Below, one piece after another: positions 25,401 to 39,600 of a stretch of DNA of 64,000 bases. The stretch is from the NCBI RefSeq assembly GCF_001194135.2, contig NC_069006.1:26096782-26160781 (forward strand), given 5' to 3'. The stretch comes from Octopus bimaculoides (Eukaryota). Each line of letters begins with the position of its first letter. Within the stretch, counting starts at the first letter, position 1. The notes beneath the pieces are model-generated. The model did no database searches. It had not been told where the DNA came from and was given only the letters and a program-made list of their open reading frames with translations. The translations under genes were made by a program, and so were the position numbers.

Positions 25401-28231
25401 GCAAGAACTAAGGGATGGATTCAGATGAAACTTTTTGGGATGTTTGACCTCATGACTGGCACAAACTGATTAGATTTGGGGATTGATCCAGTACCGGACA
25501 AGGATTCTGGATTATTTTTCCTGCTTTTCTTTTTTTTTTACTTAATTTTATTGAGAGCAATTGGGTTCCTTTTTAGTATTCTCGTTTGTGAGAGCAGTCA
25601 AGTTTATTTCAGATATTCTCATTTTAAAAACCATCTCTGGCCAATCGTTGAGAGGACCCTGTTGTTGCCTTGGTGGAGGTTTGTGCTCTCCAAGTGCTCT
25701 TGTTTTGTTTTTGTTTTTTTTTACGCAGTTTTTAGAGATGAATATCTTTGCATTCTTCCTGGGTTGAATCCTGACATTTAAATAAACTTTTTATTCTCTG
25801 AAACAGTCAATTGCACATTTATATTTATTCCTATTTTGGTATTCAGAAAATCCTCTGTTTCTCTGTTGTTGTTCATTTATGGCACTGGTTCCTGACCTTT
25901 GCTTCAGGAATTAGCTTCTTGTTAGAATTGTGTAAAAATGGCACCAAAACAAAAAATTTTTTAGTTTTTAAATATTTGTTAAAATGTAAAATGTCCATTG
26001 ATAGTGTTGTAATTTAGAAAACTCGTTAATATAAGCACGTTGGTTGTTATTTGATTTCTTTTCTTAATATTTTCCCCAAGCAACAGGACCACAAAAGGGT
26101 CAATAAAATAAAGTACCTACCTAATAATACTGGTACTTTATTTTTAGTCAATGGTATCAACTCCACCCTTGAAACTGCTAACCTTTACCTCAGTCAGAAT
26201 CCACCACCACCACCACCATCATTGTTATGTTTATAAAAGTTTCATGTAAGTTGCTACTGCACCGTCGGGTGCACCTTCCCCTCCTCCATGTTCCTGTTTT
26301 GTGTGTGTGTGTGCACAGTATTGTGTTTTAAGGTGTGTGCAAAAGTGTTTCTAGGCTCCTGGCTCTTGTTGTTTCTGGTGTTATTTTAGTGTAGAATTTG
26401 TGGTATGGCAGTCGGTGGGGGGGGGCGAACTACTGTACAATGTTATGTCTCAGGGTTGGGTGGTTGATATTACATTGTGTGGGTTTTGTTATATTGTTGG
26501 GTGGTAAGTGTGTACAATGACGTACTGGCATGTGGATTCAGTTTATATATACACATGCACACACACACACACACACACATGCACACACACACACATATAT
26601 ATATATATTTTTATCTCATTTGATTTCTGTGTAAACACGTTTTATGTAACCTGTCTTCATAATATCTCTTTCATCTGACACCCCAACTGCAATTAAAACC
26701 CTCATCATCATCATTAATAATAATAATGTTGTTTTTGAGGTTGTTGTTGTGGTTGCTGTTGGCGGCGAGCTGGTAGAATTGTTAGCAGTATCTCAACTGT
26801 TTTTACATTCTGTGTTCAAATTCCGCCAAGGTCAACTTTGCCTTTCATCCTTTCAGGGCCAATAAATTAAGTACCAGTTGTGTACTAGGGTCAATCTAAT
26901 TAACTGGACCCCTCTCCAAACATTTCAGGCCTTGTGCCTATAGTAGAAAAAATACCCTTTCAGGTTCAATAGAATAAGTACCAGTTGAACACTGGGGTCG
27001 ATGTAATCAATTCATCCCCACCTCACCCTAGCTGCCCTTGTGACAAAAATTTGAAATAATAATAATAATAATAATAATAATAATTATTATTATTATTATT
27101 ATTATTATCGTTTTCCTATTTTAGAGGGAGACATATTGAAGTGTTTTAGGGGTTTTCAAGGGGATGAAATTGTCAAAGGACAATGTGTTGTGTCATCGTT
27201 GATTCTTTAAAGTGATGACTTGAGGAAACGGTAACTTGGTGGGCGCCAGGAATTTGGTGTCGTTTCAAAGTAGTCTTAGAATTTTGTTGAGTGTCATCAT
27301 CATCACAAGCATCAACTGAAGAAGACAGTGGAACAATTCTTAAAAGTGGACCTGATTACAAATGTACTTAAAAGATTGCTCTTCTAACGAGCTGTTTGAA
27401 AAGTATCTCACAAGGACATCATTATAAAAATGACAAGAATTTCTAAAAAAAGGAGCATAAATTAATAAAGTCTGTTCTGACAAATCGAAACATGAAATTT
27501 TTCAGTTAGTTTTGTAAATTTTTGGTAAAATGCCATCAGAAGAAAAAAACAAGGCTTAAATCATTAGCCTTGTTGATCGTAAATCATTAGCCTTGTTGAT
27601 CGTAAATCATTAGCCTTGTTGATCGTAAATCATAAGCCTTGTTGATCGTAAATCATAAGCCTTGTTGATCGTAAATCATTAGCCTTGTTGATCGTAAATC
27701 ATTAGCCTTGTTGATCGTAAATCATTAGCCTTGTTGATCGTAAATCATTAGCCTTGTTGATCGTAAATTGTATTTGCAAATTTGGTGTAATTTTCAGCCT
27801 GAATCCTTTATAAATCCGTCTTAAGAGGTCCTTAGTCATTCATTTATTATTTAGATTAACCTTGATGCATCTGTCAGTTTGTTGGAACTGGTTTAGTTCA
27901 TTCCCAGGGGACATCAAGTGACTCATTTTTGTGGCAGTTTGTGTAGAGAAAGCAGGGGTTACATTAGGCTCCACCCCTCGGGACTGGTTAGGCCAGATAT
28001 CAACTTGGAATTTCGAAATTGGTTGGGAAATCAATAACCCTGAATTGGGACCCATTCCTGGTACTGTCTGCTGGATGGAAACGATTTTGAGGCTTGTGTA
28101 AGGCAGGATGGTTTCTGGAGAGACACAAATACAAACACGGACTCATACACACACACGTACACACACACACACACACACACGTACACACACACGCACACAC
28201 GCACACACACACGTACACGCACACGCACACA

Positions 28232-28263
<32 letters not shown>

Positions 28264-31200
28264 GGCATGATGATAAACATCAATTAAAACTGAAATTCCT
28301 GTGTTCTTCAAAGTCCCTTACACTGAGTCTGAAAAAACTCCCTTTCTAAGTATTGCTTTTGGAAAAGTAACCAACCTGTAATTGGCCTGCTGGAAACCAG
28401 TAAACAACAGTGCACTTCTTCGTTAATTGCAGTGTGTAATTAAAATAATTTAATAAACTTGTCGATTAATACAATTACCACAAGAGATGTCTTTCTTCTT
28501 GGACTATTGATCTCTGACTTCTCAGATCAATGGAATCAACATTAATCCTCTCTCTCTCTCTCTTTCCTCTTGTAAATTAAAAGTATCTTAACAAGATTAC
28601 AACCTAATTACATTTCTCTTTCCTATTTTATCACTCCACTTGTTGTTCTTTCTTCTGGTTACTCCACCACCTTCGCACATCTATGTTCTTTCGGTATTTC
28701 TATAAAATACCTCCTCCTCCTCCCACCTGTTGCCATTATCTTGCAATCTTTGTTCCAATCCTTGTTTTTTCCAAAATATAACATCTTTCAAGATCTCTCC
28801 ATATTCCTACAACTTTACACTTAGCAATTCTTTACTTTTATTTATTTATTTATGTTCTTTAATCAAAGAAGATTTATTTGATGGTTCCATGTGAATTGGT
28901 AGAATCGTTAGGGGTCAGATTCAAGGTTCAGTGATACTTTGTCCATATCTCGACATTGTGAGTTCAAATCCCATCGAGGTCAACTTTGCCTTACATCCCT
29001 TTTGGGGTTGATAAATAGGGTACTAGCCTAGAACTGAGGTTGATCGTTCTCTCTTTCTCCCTCCCTCTCTTACTCTCTTTCTTTCTCACTCTTTCTCTCT
29101 CCCCACCCAGGATCCAACCTTGAAACCTTGTGCCATGCACATTCAGCTTGGGGTTGGATTGCATTAAAGTAGTCACCTGTTACAGGTGTGTGTGTGTGTG
29201 TGGGTTGAGTAAGCTGAATCAACCCCAATACTTATCTTTTTAAGCCTTGCTAAGCTGCTAAATTATATTCAATTATAATCAAAGACATACATTTTATATA
29301 TATATATATATGTATGTATATATATATAACAGGCTTCTTTCAGTTTCTGTCTACTAAATCCACTCAGAAGGTTTTGGTCAACGTGAGGCTATAGTAGAAG
29401 ACACTTGCCTAAGGTGCCACAAAACAAGGCCATGTGGTTGGAAGCAAACTTCCTACCACACAGCCGTATTCTTTTTAATTATCTCAATGAAAATCCTCCA
29501 AAAACGAGGAAACAATATTAACAAACTATCATCCATTTGTTATTTGATGAATGGATGACAACAAAATTTGGTTATAAAATCGTATGGGGTGGCAGGAATG
29601 TTTCTTATATTCCAGCAAATACAATAATAGCTGAATGATCATCGTTAGAAGCTAACAATAAATCTAATTAGACATTTCTTTAATTTTCCTTTTATTTTAT
29701 TTGTTGATTGTGTTTTTATTGAATTCATTGTCTTGATTTCTTTTTGTCCTTCTCCGTTTCCATTACGCTTTCATTTTCATTATAATATGTGTTCGCACTG
29801 AATTCAAGGTATTATTTTTAGAAAATACTTTTCTGTTTGTGCATATATTTAATTACTTGAGATTCACCTTTCTTCTAATACAAAAAGTAAAGCAATTGAC
29901 ACGGATTTAGAATAATAAATAACATTTATTTAAAACTCACTTGTCACTCACACTTTCTTTTGTCAAAGAAAATATATCAATAGACCTGTTTATAAAACAA
30001 CACATTTCCTCTCTCTCTCTCTCTCTCTCTCTGTATGATAAAACCTCAGCTCTCCGCTCTCCCCATGCTGTAGAAAACTTGTCCAAACCTCATAAACTTC
30101 CTTATATCAATAAAGACAGTCTCTCCCTCTCAATCCTCCTCACGTACCAACGCTGTATATTACATCGTCGTGCATCTATTGCAGTGTTGCAGTCCATGTT
30201 ATTTTAAAACATGCAACACATGTCGTCTTAACACTCAAATGTTATTAAAAGTCAAATCTCTCTTTGATTCGTATTGTCTAGTTTTCTGTCCCCACGTAGG
30301 TCCCTTTTCCTTTAAAATTACACTTAACTTTTCATGTAAGGCTTTGAATCTTCTCTGTATTAACCCTTTCGATACCAACCCACCCAGGACTACCTCTTGC
30401 TCTGTGAAACAAACTCCCTTTAGCATTTAAACCAGGGCTGGCTAACCTGAGGCCCGGGGCCGCATGTGACCTGCAGACTTTTATCTTGTGGCCCAGAAAA
30501 ATAAAAAAGAAAGATACTTCTGTTTTTGCAATGATAATATTTCATACTGAATCAACGATCATTCATTCATTATTATAGCACGAGAAAGCAAAATGCTTTC
30601 AATTCTGTCAATATACAAGCAACCCTCAAAACACTTTCTGTGATTAAAATGGCCAGCAATGTAATTCGAGTTGGCCAGGCCTGATTTAAACCAACCATAT
30701 CCAGCTTAAATATTCTACCTATTTTATGTTCAAACTGGCCAGATCTAGCCTCTCACACCTACCCTACAATGTCATTCTGAAAATAAATAATCACATCCTT
30801 GAAATATCAAAGCTTTGAGATAATGCAGGATTAATTCAAAGTAAGGAGTAGAAAAGCATTATATCTGACAAATTAATCCAAACGCTAAAAGGGTTAAATG
30901 TTTGAATCAATCCCATGGCTAGCATAAATCTCAAAAAAGTCAGTTAATTCCTAACACAAAACAGAATATTTTGGGGCCTGATATGACTGGTTTAAATTCT
31001 CAAGGGTAGAATATCCTGGCATGTCTTTGTGGCACAAAACACAAGTTCAGGTTTTGCTTTCCCAGAATCCTGCTGCATGTAAAAAAAAAAAAAAAAAAGA
31101 ACATTACATGATTTATTGTAAAATATGTAATTAATTGTTTGCATAATTAAATTTCATGGGGAAACGATCAAAGACGAAAGAAGGAACCAAACAAGGGATC

Positions 31201-32196
31201 ACGAAAACTAAAACCTTAATTTCTTATTATATTTCCGTTTACAGGGGTGAAACATGTTAAGAAGACCCTAATAAGTTGTCTGCACATATCATGCGTAACT
31301 AACCACAACTAGCATTAACGGGGCCAGGGGTCTGGGGATGCGGTTTTGAGTAAGTTTCTTCAGACTAGTTTAGTATCCAACTTATAGAATCCAGCTGTGT
31401 CTGTTAACGGGAGAGATTTCGGTATCAAATCACCAAAGAAATTGTTAGGAAAGCTTTACATTGAACCTTACAGGTTGCTAAACTCTCTGCTTTCGTTTGC
31501 TTTCTTATCACGCCATGGGAAAAGGTCAGAAATACAAACAGGANNNNNNNNNNNNNNNNNNNNNNNNNNNNNNNNNNNNNNNNNNNNNNNNNNNNNNNNN
31601 NNNNNNNNNNNNNNNNNNNNNNNNNNNNNNNNNNNNNNNNNNNNNNNNNNNNNNNNNNNNNNNNNNNNNNNNNNNNNNNNNNNNNNNNNNNNNNNNNNNN
31701 NNNNNNNNNNNNNNNNNNNNNNNNNNNNNNNNNNNNNNNNNNNNNNNNNNNNNNNNNNNNNNNNNNNNNNNNNNNNNNNNNNNNNNNNNNNNNNNNNNNN
31801 NNNNNNNNNNNNNNNNNNNNNNNNNNNNNNNNNNNNNNNNNNNNNNNNNNNNNNNNNNNNNNNNNNNNNNNNNNNNNNNNNNNNNNNNNNNNNNNNNNNN
31901 NNNNNNNNNNNNNNNNNNNNNNNNNNNNNNNNNNNNNNNNNNNNNNNNNNNNNNNNNNNNNNNNNNNNNNNNNNNNNNNNNNNNNNNNNNNNNNNNNNNN
32001 NNNNNNNNNNNNNNNNNNNNNNNNNNNNNNNNNNNNNNNNNNNNNNNNNNNNNNNNNNNNNNNNNNNNNNNNNNNNNNNNNNNNNNNNNNNNNNNNNNNN
32101 NNNNNNNNNNNNNNNNNNNNNNNNNNNNNNNNNNNNNNNNNNNNNNNNNNNNNNNNNNNNNNNNNNNNNNNNNNNNNNNNNNNNNNNNNNNNNNNT

Positions 32197-32248
<52 letters not shown>

Positions 32249-33539
32249 TATGTACATGTTACTTGAATCACATTCTATCTACTAGTATTGTTTAACCACA
32301 AGTCAATCCTAACTGAGCAGGCTTGTGAGTAAAGGTAATCCCCCCATGACCACCCCATTATATTGTTTCATAATTCTGTAGAATTACATTCATCTAATGT
32401 ATTCGTCCATCCTCCTTTTTTCTTATCTATATATAAATATAAAACTGTGTGGTTCAAAGGAAATTTGGCTGCTATCTCTAGCTGGTTGAGCAGCCAAGTA
32501 GGGGCTCCTTCTATAAGCTTTCATCTCCTTTCCTGTAGAGAAAGGATGTAATGACTGTTCCAAATTTAATTACTTGTTATATTGCTCAGGATATTTGCAT
32601 AACCTTCTGCTTTCCTGGTTTTCCATTTGCTTCAATGTCAGTCTAAAGGTCAAATCGATTCACAACGATTTCAAATTATCAAGTTGCAGCAGTTGTGGCC
32701 TGGCTTTGTGGGTAAGGAGTTTGGTCTGCGACCACGTGGTTACAGGTTCCATCTCATTGTGTGGCACCGGGAGCAAGTGTCTTCTACCATTCACCATCTT
32801 GACTTGGTGAATGCTTTGAGTGGAATCTGCTTGTGGAAAACCATGTCATTTATGACTTTATATATAAACACATATATACACACACACACTTCTTGACCAC
32901 AGCTCTCCTGTGCCCATAACTGCCCCTCTTGCTCCCAATACAGTTTTGGCATTTTATCTCGTGTTTTTTCACCCCCACCCCCAATTGTTTTGTTAGAAGG
33001 GGCTGCACAGCATCTCTGACCATTTTTTCAGGTCTCTAGTTAGGGAGGAAGTTGTCTTTTGATTGGAGACCTGGCCTGAATGCCTGCTCCAGTAGGGGCT
33101 GAAAGGGCCAGGAGCAGACACAGTCACTTGGCTGAGCTCACCACATACAAATCATGTTGAGCCATGGTCAACGTAGCAGATGCTTTTTCCAATTAGCTTT
33201 GCAGTGGGATTGAACCCCCAAGACCATCTACTTACAAAACAAACTTCTTAAGCACGCAGTCACATTGCCACGGCAACCGAACATTGCTTCCCATGAACTG
33301 TGAATGGTACAAAAATTGAAGCGAGAAGGACAAAACCTCAAGGCAAAGATAACGACCACCCGGCTGAGGTTTTTTTTAATTCTTATCACAGTGTCATGGC
33401 TTTATCACATCATTTTAAACATTCAGGTTATCAAAATCCCCCCCCCCAAAAAAAAAGATGGCAGTAGCAGTAGCAGCGGTAGTAATTGCTGATAGTGGAG
33501 GTGCATGACTTAGTGGTTAGGGTGTTGGACTCATGATTG

Positions 33540-33575
<36 letters not shown>

Positions 33576-33633
33576 GTGAGTATATGCATATATACGTACA
33601 CACACACACACATACATACACACAATCAATCAG

Positions 33634-33666
<33 letters not shown>

Positions 33667-36600
33667 GGATGAGAGCTGGAAATGTTTAGTGTAGAAGACA
33701 TGTAGCAGTGCTCAAATAATTTGAACTTAAAACTCTGAAATCTTTATCCAGGACCAGGTTAATTGGGTAAAAAGTGGCTGTAAAAGAAATCCAGGTGAGC
33801 TGATATGGAGATAAGAATGCAGATAAACACAATTATTTTGGGGGTGTATAAACCAAGATACACATAACTAAATATATTCAGAAGATAAATACATGTACAT
33901 GCATATATATATATATAAGATAGATAGATAGATACATACATAAATAAAAAGATAGATAAATAGACAGACAGCTGGATGGACGGACAGACAGATAAATACA
34001 TAGACAAATATATTTACATTGACCATTATATATTTATCTTTACTGGTTGAGGTAGGGGGTATTGCCCATAGCCTTTGCAGTCTCTCTGAGACCAGTGAGA
34101 GATTGATGTTATGTTTAAACTATTGCTGGTCAACATCTGCAGGAAGGACATGACCAAGGAAAAGATTCCAGAGGGATGAAGCTCTGAGGAGGAAGGAACG
34201 GTTAGTGTTTGGGCACACCAGGAGTGTATATTTGTGCATGTGTGTCTCTGTATTTGCCTGTATCTGTGTATATTGGTGTAAGCACATGTCATGTTGTCTC
34301 TCTCTCTCTTTATATTGAAATGTAAATTAGATGGTTAATAAATACTGGTGAAGCACTCAAAGACAGTGCTTCAGCATGGGCACAGCCTACCCATCAAAAA
34401 CTAGCTTTAAAAAAAAAAGTATAAAAATCCCTTTGTTTCCCTTTCTTTCTTTGTTGTTGAATTTGGTTTATTTTTAAAACTGTTTTTGTTATTTGTTTCA
34501 GGAAACACACCATGGATGGTCAATTATACTGTGAACCACACTTTCCTCATGACTCGGTCAGTTCACCATCCTCTCTCACAAATGATAAGGACAAGGTAAC
34601 TATTACTCTCCTCATTTTCATTAACTTTTCTCGTTTATTCAATAATTAACATGATATATAATACCAGTTATATTCTGGGGTTGGTGTAATCAAACTCCAC
34701 TTCTACCACCACCACCCGTACTAAAATCACTGGCTTTCTCCCTATTTGGAAACCTTGTCATCACAGATTCTTTATTTTACATTTTATTGTTGTTTATCTG
34801 GCCTCAGATTAGCCATGAATAAACAAGCCTATGGTCAGTGTCATTCCAGTTCTGTATATATATGTATATATACACAAATATACAAAAAAACAACACTCAT
34901 TATTATATTAGGAGATTCTACACACATTTTAACACTTTAAAGTATACTTATATATATATATAAACCCATGCTAGCATGGAAAGCGGACGTTAAACGATGA
35001 TGATGATGATATATATAAGGTTGAGGAGGGTATTGGATTTAACCAAACCCCGGAGGATACAGGTAATACCGAGTAAGTGCTGTATACCGATTAGTTAGCC
35101 CCAGTCGTTGTATGAACAGGATTGGGGATTATAGGTCGTGTATTAGCGTGTGTATATGTAAATATATAAAAACAAAAAGATAAAGAGAGCAAAGGTAAGG
35201 TTGAAGAATTTTATGGATAGAGTCTTACAGCTGTTTCTGGGAAGATCCAGTACTTCCCTTCATCGGAGACAGAAAAAATAAAGTTATCTATTATTATATC
35301 CANNNNNNNNNNNNNNNNNNNNNNNNNNNNNNNNNNNNNNNNNNNNNNNNNNNNNNNNNNNNNNNNNNNNNNNNNNNNNNNNNNNNNNNNNNNNNNNNNN
35401 NNNNNNNNNNNNNNNNNNNNNNNNNNNNNNNNNNNNNNNNNNNNNNNNNNNNNNNNNNNNNNNNNNNNNNNNNNNNNNNNNNNNNNNNNNNNNNNNNNNN
35501 NNNNNNNNNNNNNNNNNNNNNNNNNNNNNNNNNNNNNNNNNNNNNNNNNNNNNNNNNNNNNNNNNNNNNNNNNNNNNNNNNNNNNNNNNNNNNNNNNNNN
35601 NNNNNNNNNNNNNNNNNNNNNNNNNNNNNNNNNNNNNNNNNNNNNNNNNNNNNNNNNNNNNNNNNNNNNNNNNNNNNNNNNNNNNNNNNNNNNNNNNNNN
35701 NNNNNNNNNNNNNNNNNNNNNNNNNNNNNNNNNNNNNNNNNNNNNNNNNNNNNNNNNNNNNNNNNNNNNNNNNNNNNNNNNNNNNNNNNNNNNNNNNNNN
35801 NNNNNNNNNNNNNNNNNNNNNNNNNNNNNNNNNNNNNNNNNNNNNNNNNNNNNNNNNNNNNNNNNNNNNNNNNNNNNNNNNNNNNNNNNNNNNNNNNNNN
35901 NNNNNNNNNNNNNNNNNNNNNNNNNNNNNNNNNNNNNNNNNNNNNNNNNNNNNNNNNNNNNNNNNNNNNNNNNNNNNNNNNNNNNNNNNNNNNNNNNNNN
36001 NNNNNNNNNNNNNNNNNNNNNNNNNNNNNNNNNNNNNNNNNNNNNNNNNNNNNNNNNNNNNNNNNNNNNNNNNNNNNNNNNNNNNNNNNNNNNNNNNNNN
36101 NNNNNNNNNNNNNNNNNNNNNNNNNNNNNNNNNNNNNNNNNNNNNNNNNNNNNNNCCCCCCCCGGTCACCGAAATGAAATGTAAGACTACTTAAGGAATT
36201 GTATTTATTGTCTGTTCTGAGAGCAGTGCCACTGCTGTAGTGGGGTCGGCTGTCTCATGGCCAAACTGTCAACTCTCTGTTGTCTTATGTAAAAAAAAAA
36301 GGAAAAAAAAGCAAAAGAAAACCCCAGCTTTTAATGAAATGGAGGGATGTAAGCACTTGTGTGCTTCGTGCTCAGTGTTGTCTCACTTGTGAAGTGGAAG
36401 ATGAAGTCATTCGAAGAAGCTGTGTGAACAGAAGCACAACCATAGCAGTTGCTGTTGTTATTGTTGTGGTAGTAGAAGTAGTAGTAGTAGTAGTAGTAGT
36501 ATGTGATATGGTCACCACCCAATAAGGTGGACTGTCTGTCAGATATATGTATATATATATAGAATATCTGGTTATCGAGAGGAGAGATGACCTCGGTCAG

Positions 36601-39600
36601 ATTGTGGGTATAAGCGGGTGAGTTGCAAGTTATTAAGAGAGGAAGCAACTATGGATATGAAACAAGTTTGCGGAGCTGGTTTGCATCAAGGCTGGTTTCT
36701 CTCTTTTCTCCAAAGACACAGCATTTGTGGTAACATGATCTGAAACAGTCGTTAAGGTGTTGACTGCATTAAAAATGTAGATTTTTACCGAAACACCTGA
36801 AGGAAACGTCATAAGAAGCAGGGATTATCTCATTTGATACTACAGAACAGGTAAATGGTAAATATTTATTTCTTTTAAGGCATGGCTCTGTGGATAAGAA
36901 GTTTGCTTCAAGGCTAAGTGAAATAGGCAGTGACCCAGCATGGCCACAGTCCATTGAATGAAGTGAGTAAAAAAAAAGTAAGAGACAATAGTGACCAGTG
37001 GTCAAGTGAATAGATGCATTACTTTGGGCTGTTTCCATTAATCCCCGAGGTCTTAGAACAAGAGAAATGGTTTCGTAGTTGTTAGAGATTAAATAAATGG
37101 TTCTGCCTTTCCATTCTGATAATAGAAAAAAGAATTAAGACCAGAAAGATGTGAGAGATTTGTCTGACAGTTGTTAAGTTAAACAGATAAATAAGTAAAC
37201 GGAGATAAGTCTGTCTAGACAATAGACGTAAAAAAAAAAAAATAATAATAATACTAATGGTAATTGTATCTCCAAGTCGTTAATTTACTAATGTAATCAA
37301 TTCATTTAACAATGTGTTCATTATTGATTGCAGGCCACTAATTGAATTGATGATGGCTTAAGTTTTCTTCTTTGTTATTTGGAGAAGAGATTAGGAAACC
37401 AGATTCTACGAAAAGATTTTATTGTTTTTCTTTGTTGCATTTCAGAGAATATTTATCATATCTTCCAAACACCAGATCAACGATGACAAATTCATTTCAC
37501 TAAATTCTTCATTATTTTCAAAATCAATTGAAACAAACGCAGAATATTTTAACAGAAATATGGTAACAAAAGGGTTAAAGGGATCTAAATGAAAACCTTT
37601 TGTCAAAACAACCTGTCTCGTCAGAAATGTGTTATCAAAAACATTAAACTGTTGACTGATCAATGTTGGAAATTATGTAATATTATTTATGGCTGCATTT
37701 TCTGGTGGAATCCAATGTACTTCTCTGGTGCTGGTGCCACTGCACCCAGTTACACTATATAAAGTATCTGGTATTGGGACAAGCCTTAGAAACCATCCCC
37801 AAAATGGAATGTTTCGAAGGAGCTGTCACCCTCCCCCCCCCCCCCTGACTGTTAGAAGGCCAGTGACACTGAACACAGAACTGTCCAACCCATTGTATAC
37901 AATGGACCTGACAATGATGATGATGGTGGTGACGGCAATGGAAACAATTACTCTTACAAGTTTTAATTGTACATGTAATATGTCTCTTGTTCAGTATTAT
38001 TCTAATTTGGTTATTTCTGTTGTTTTGTGTGTTCATTATGAAATATGTTTGTTGTTTTGAAGACAAGAAGTGTTTTTATAACCCTTTAAGTTGCAAAGTT
38101 ATTTTCTTTGTAACAACTACAATGTTCATTGCACTGAATTGATCTGGAAGTTCATTATGGACTGTTAACGAAGTTAGAATGATAATGAGTTGATGATGTA
38201 TATATAATTAAGGTTTGCTTTGTAATAATAATAGAAGCCACAGAGCTTTAGTTACCAGTGTCTGGTTAAATGTGTATAATTTAGTAGTGGTAGTAGTAGC
38301 AACAGCAGTAGTAGTAATAAGGCTTTACAAAAGAGGGTTTACTAAAAACGTTGGGGACAGAAGAGGACCATGTGGGGGTTAGATAAATGGAAAAAGTAGA
38401 AAAATGGTGATGATATAAATTCTAATATAAATTCCTTGAAAGAGTGAGCTCTTTCAAGGAATTTATCTTAGAATTTGTGTCTTTAATAGAGAGAGATTTC
38501 CTAGGGCTGCTCAAGAAAACCCCACAAAACCTCTAGGGCAAGTGCCCTCTTCACATCATTTTCCTTCAATTTACAGACACACATGCTTATGGGGTAGGCC
38601 TGTTCACTGGGACTAATCTTGGAACATTCATCCACCTTTTAACAAAATTGCTGGGAAAGTGTGGGTAGAATAATAATAATAATAATCTCTTCTACTGTAG
38701 GCACAAGGCTTGAAATTTTGTGGGGAGGGGACTCATTGATTATTTTGACCCCAGTGTTTCACTGGTACTTATTTTATCAACCCTGAAAGGATGAAAGGCA
38801 AAGTCAACCATGACAGAATTTGAACTCAGAATATAGTGACGAGTAAAATGCCTCTAAGCATTTCGTCCACCATAATAATAATAATAATAATAATAACAAC
38901 AATACATTGTAGTAGAAAGTAAAATAGTAAAACAACAACAACAAAAAGAGAAACAAAAAGAAGCTATTAAAGTGGGGGGAAGTACTTTTTCAACGATGGT
39001 ACTTTCTACTTAACTGTTCTTATCAAACTAACCAGAGACTATTAATTAACTAATTGGCTACCACTTTCAGTAAATAAAATAACTGCATTGTTAGTTTATA
39101 CCATGAATGGAATATGAGGTTGTTGTTATTGTGCCTTAATTAGTCTTCATAGTCTCTCTATTTTCCTCTGGCCTCTCCAACAACAACGACAACAACCCAT
39201 TGGCGAGCTGGCAGAATCGTTAGCACACCAGGCATAATGCTTAGTGGTATTTCGCCCGTTGCTACGTTCTGAGTTCAAATTTCACCGAGGTCGACTTTAC
39301 CTTTCATCCTTTCGGGGTCAATGAAATAAGTACCAGTTACGCACAAGGGTTGATGTAATTGACTCGTCCCCTCCCTTGAACTTGCTGGCCATGTGCCAAA
39401 CATTATTATTATTATTGTTGTTGTTGTTATGATTTTCATTATCTCTGACTCTTGTGAACTTTACTGCTTATGACTACCACAATAAATACACTGTGTGTTT
39501 ATAAGTTTGTGAAAATTCATTTGCAATTACAATCATTTATTTTTTTGCTCTCTTTTTTCCCCAGATGTTTGAGTTGTTGGAGAGAATGCAGAGTGACAGA

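Noticed and set aside
27558-27764. CRISPR-like appearance of regular 23-bp repeats
   Set aside because: The units are contiguous with no unique spacers, there are no cas genes, and the context is eukaryotic.
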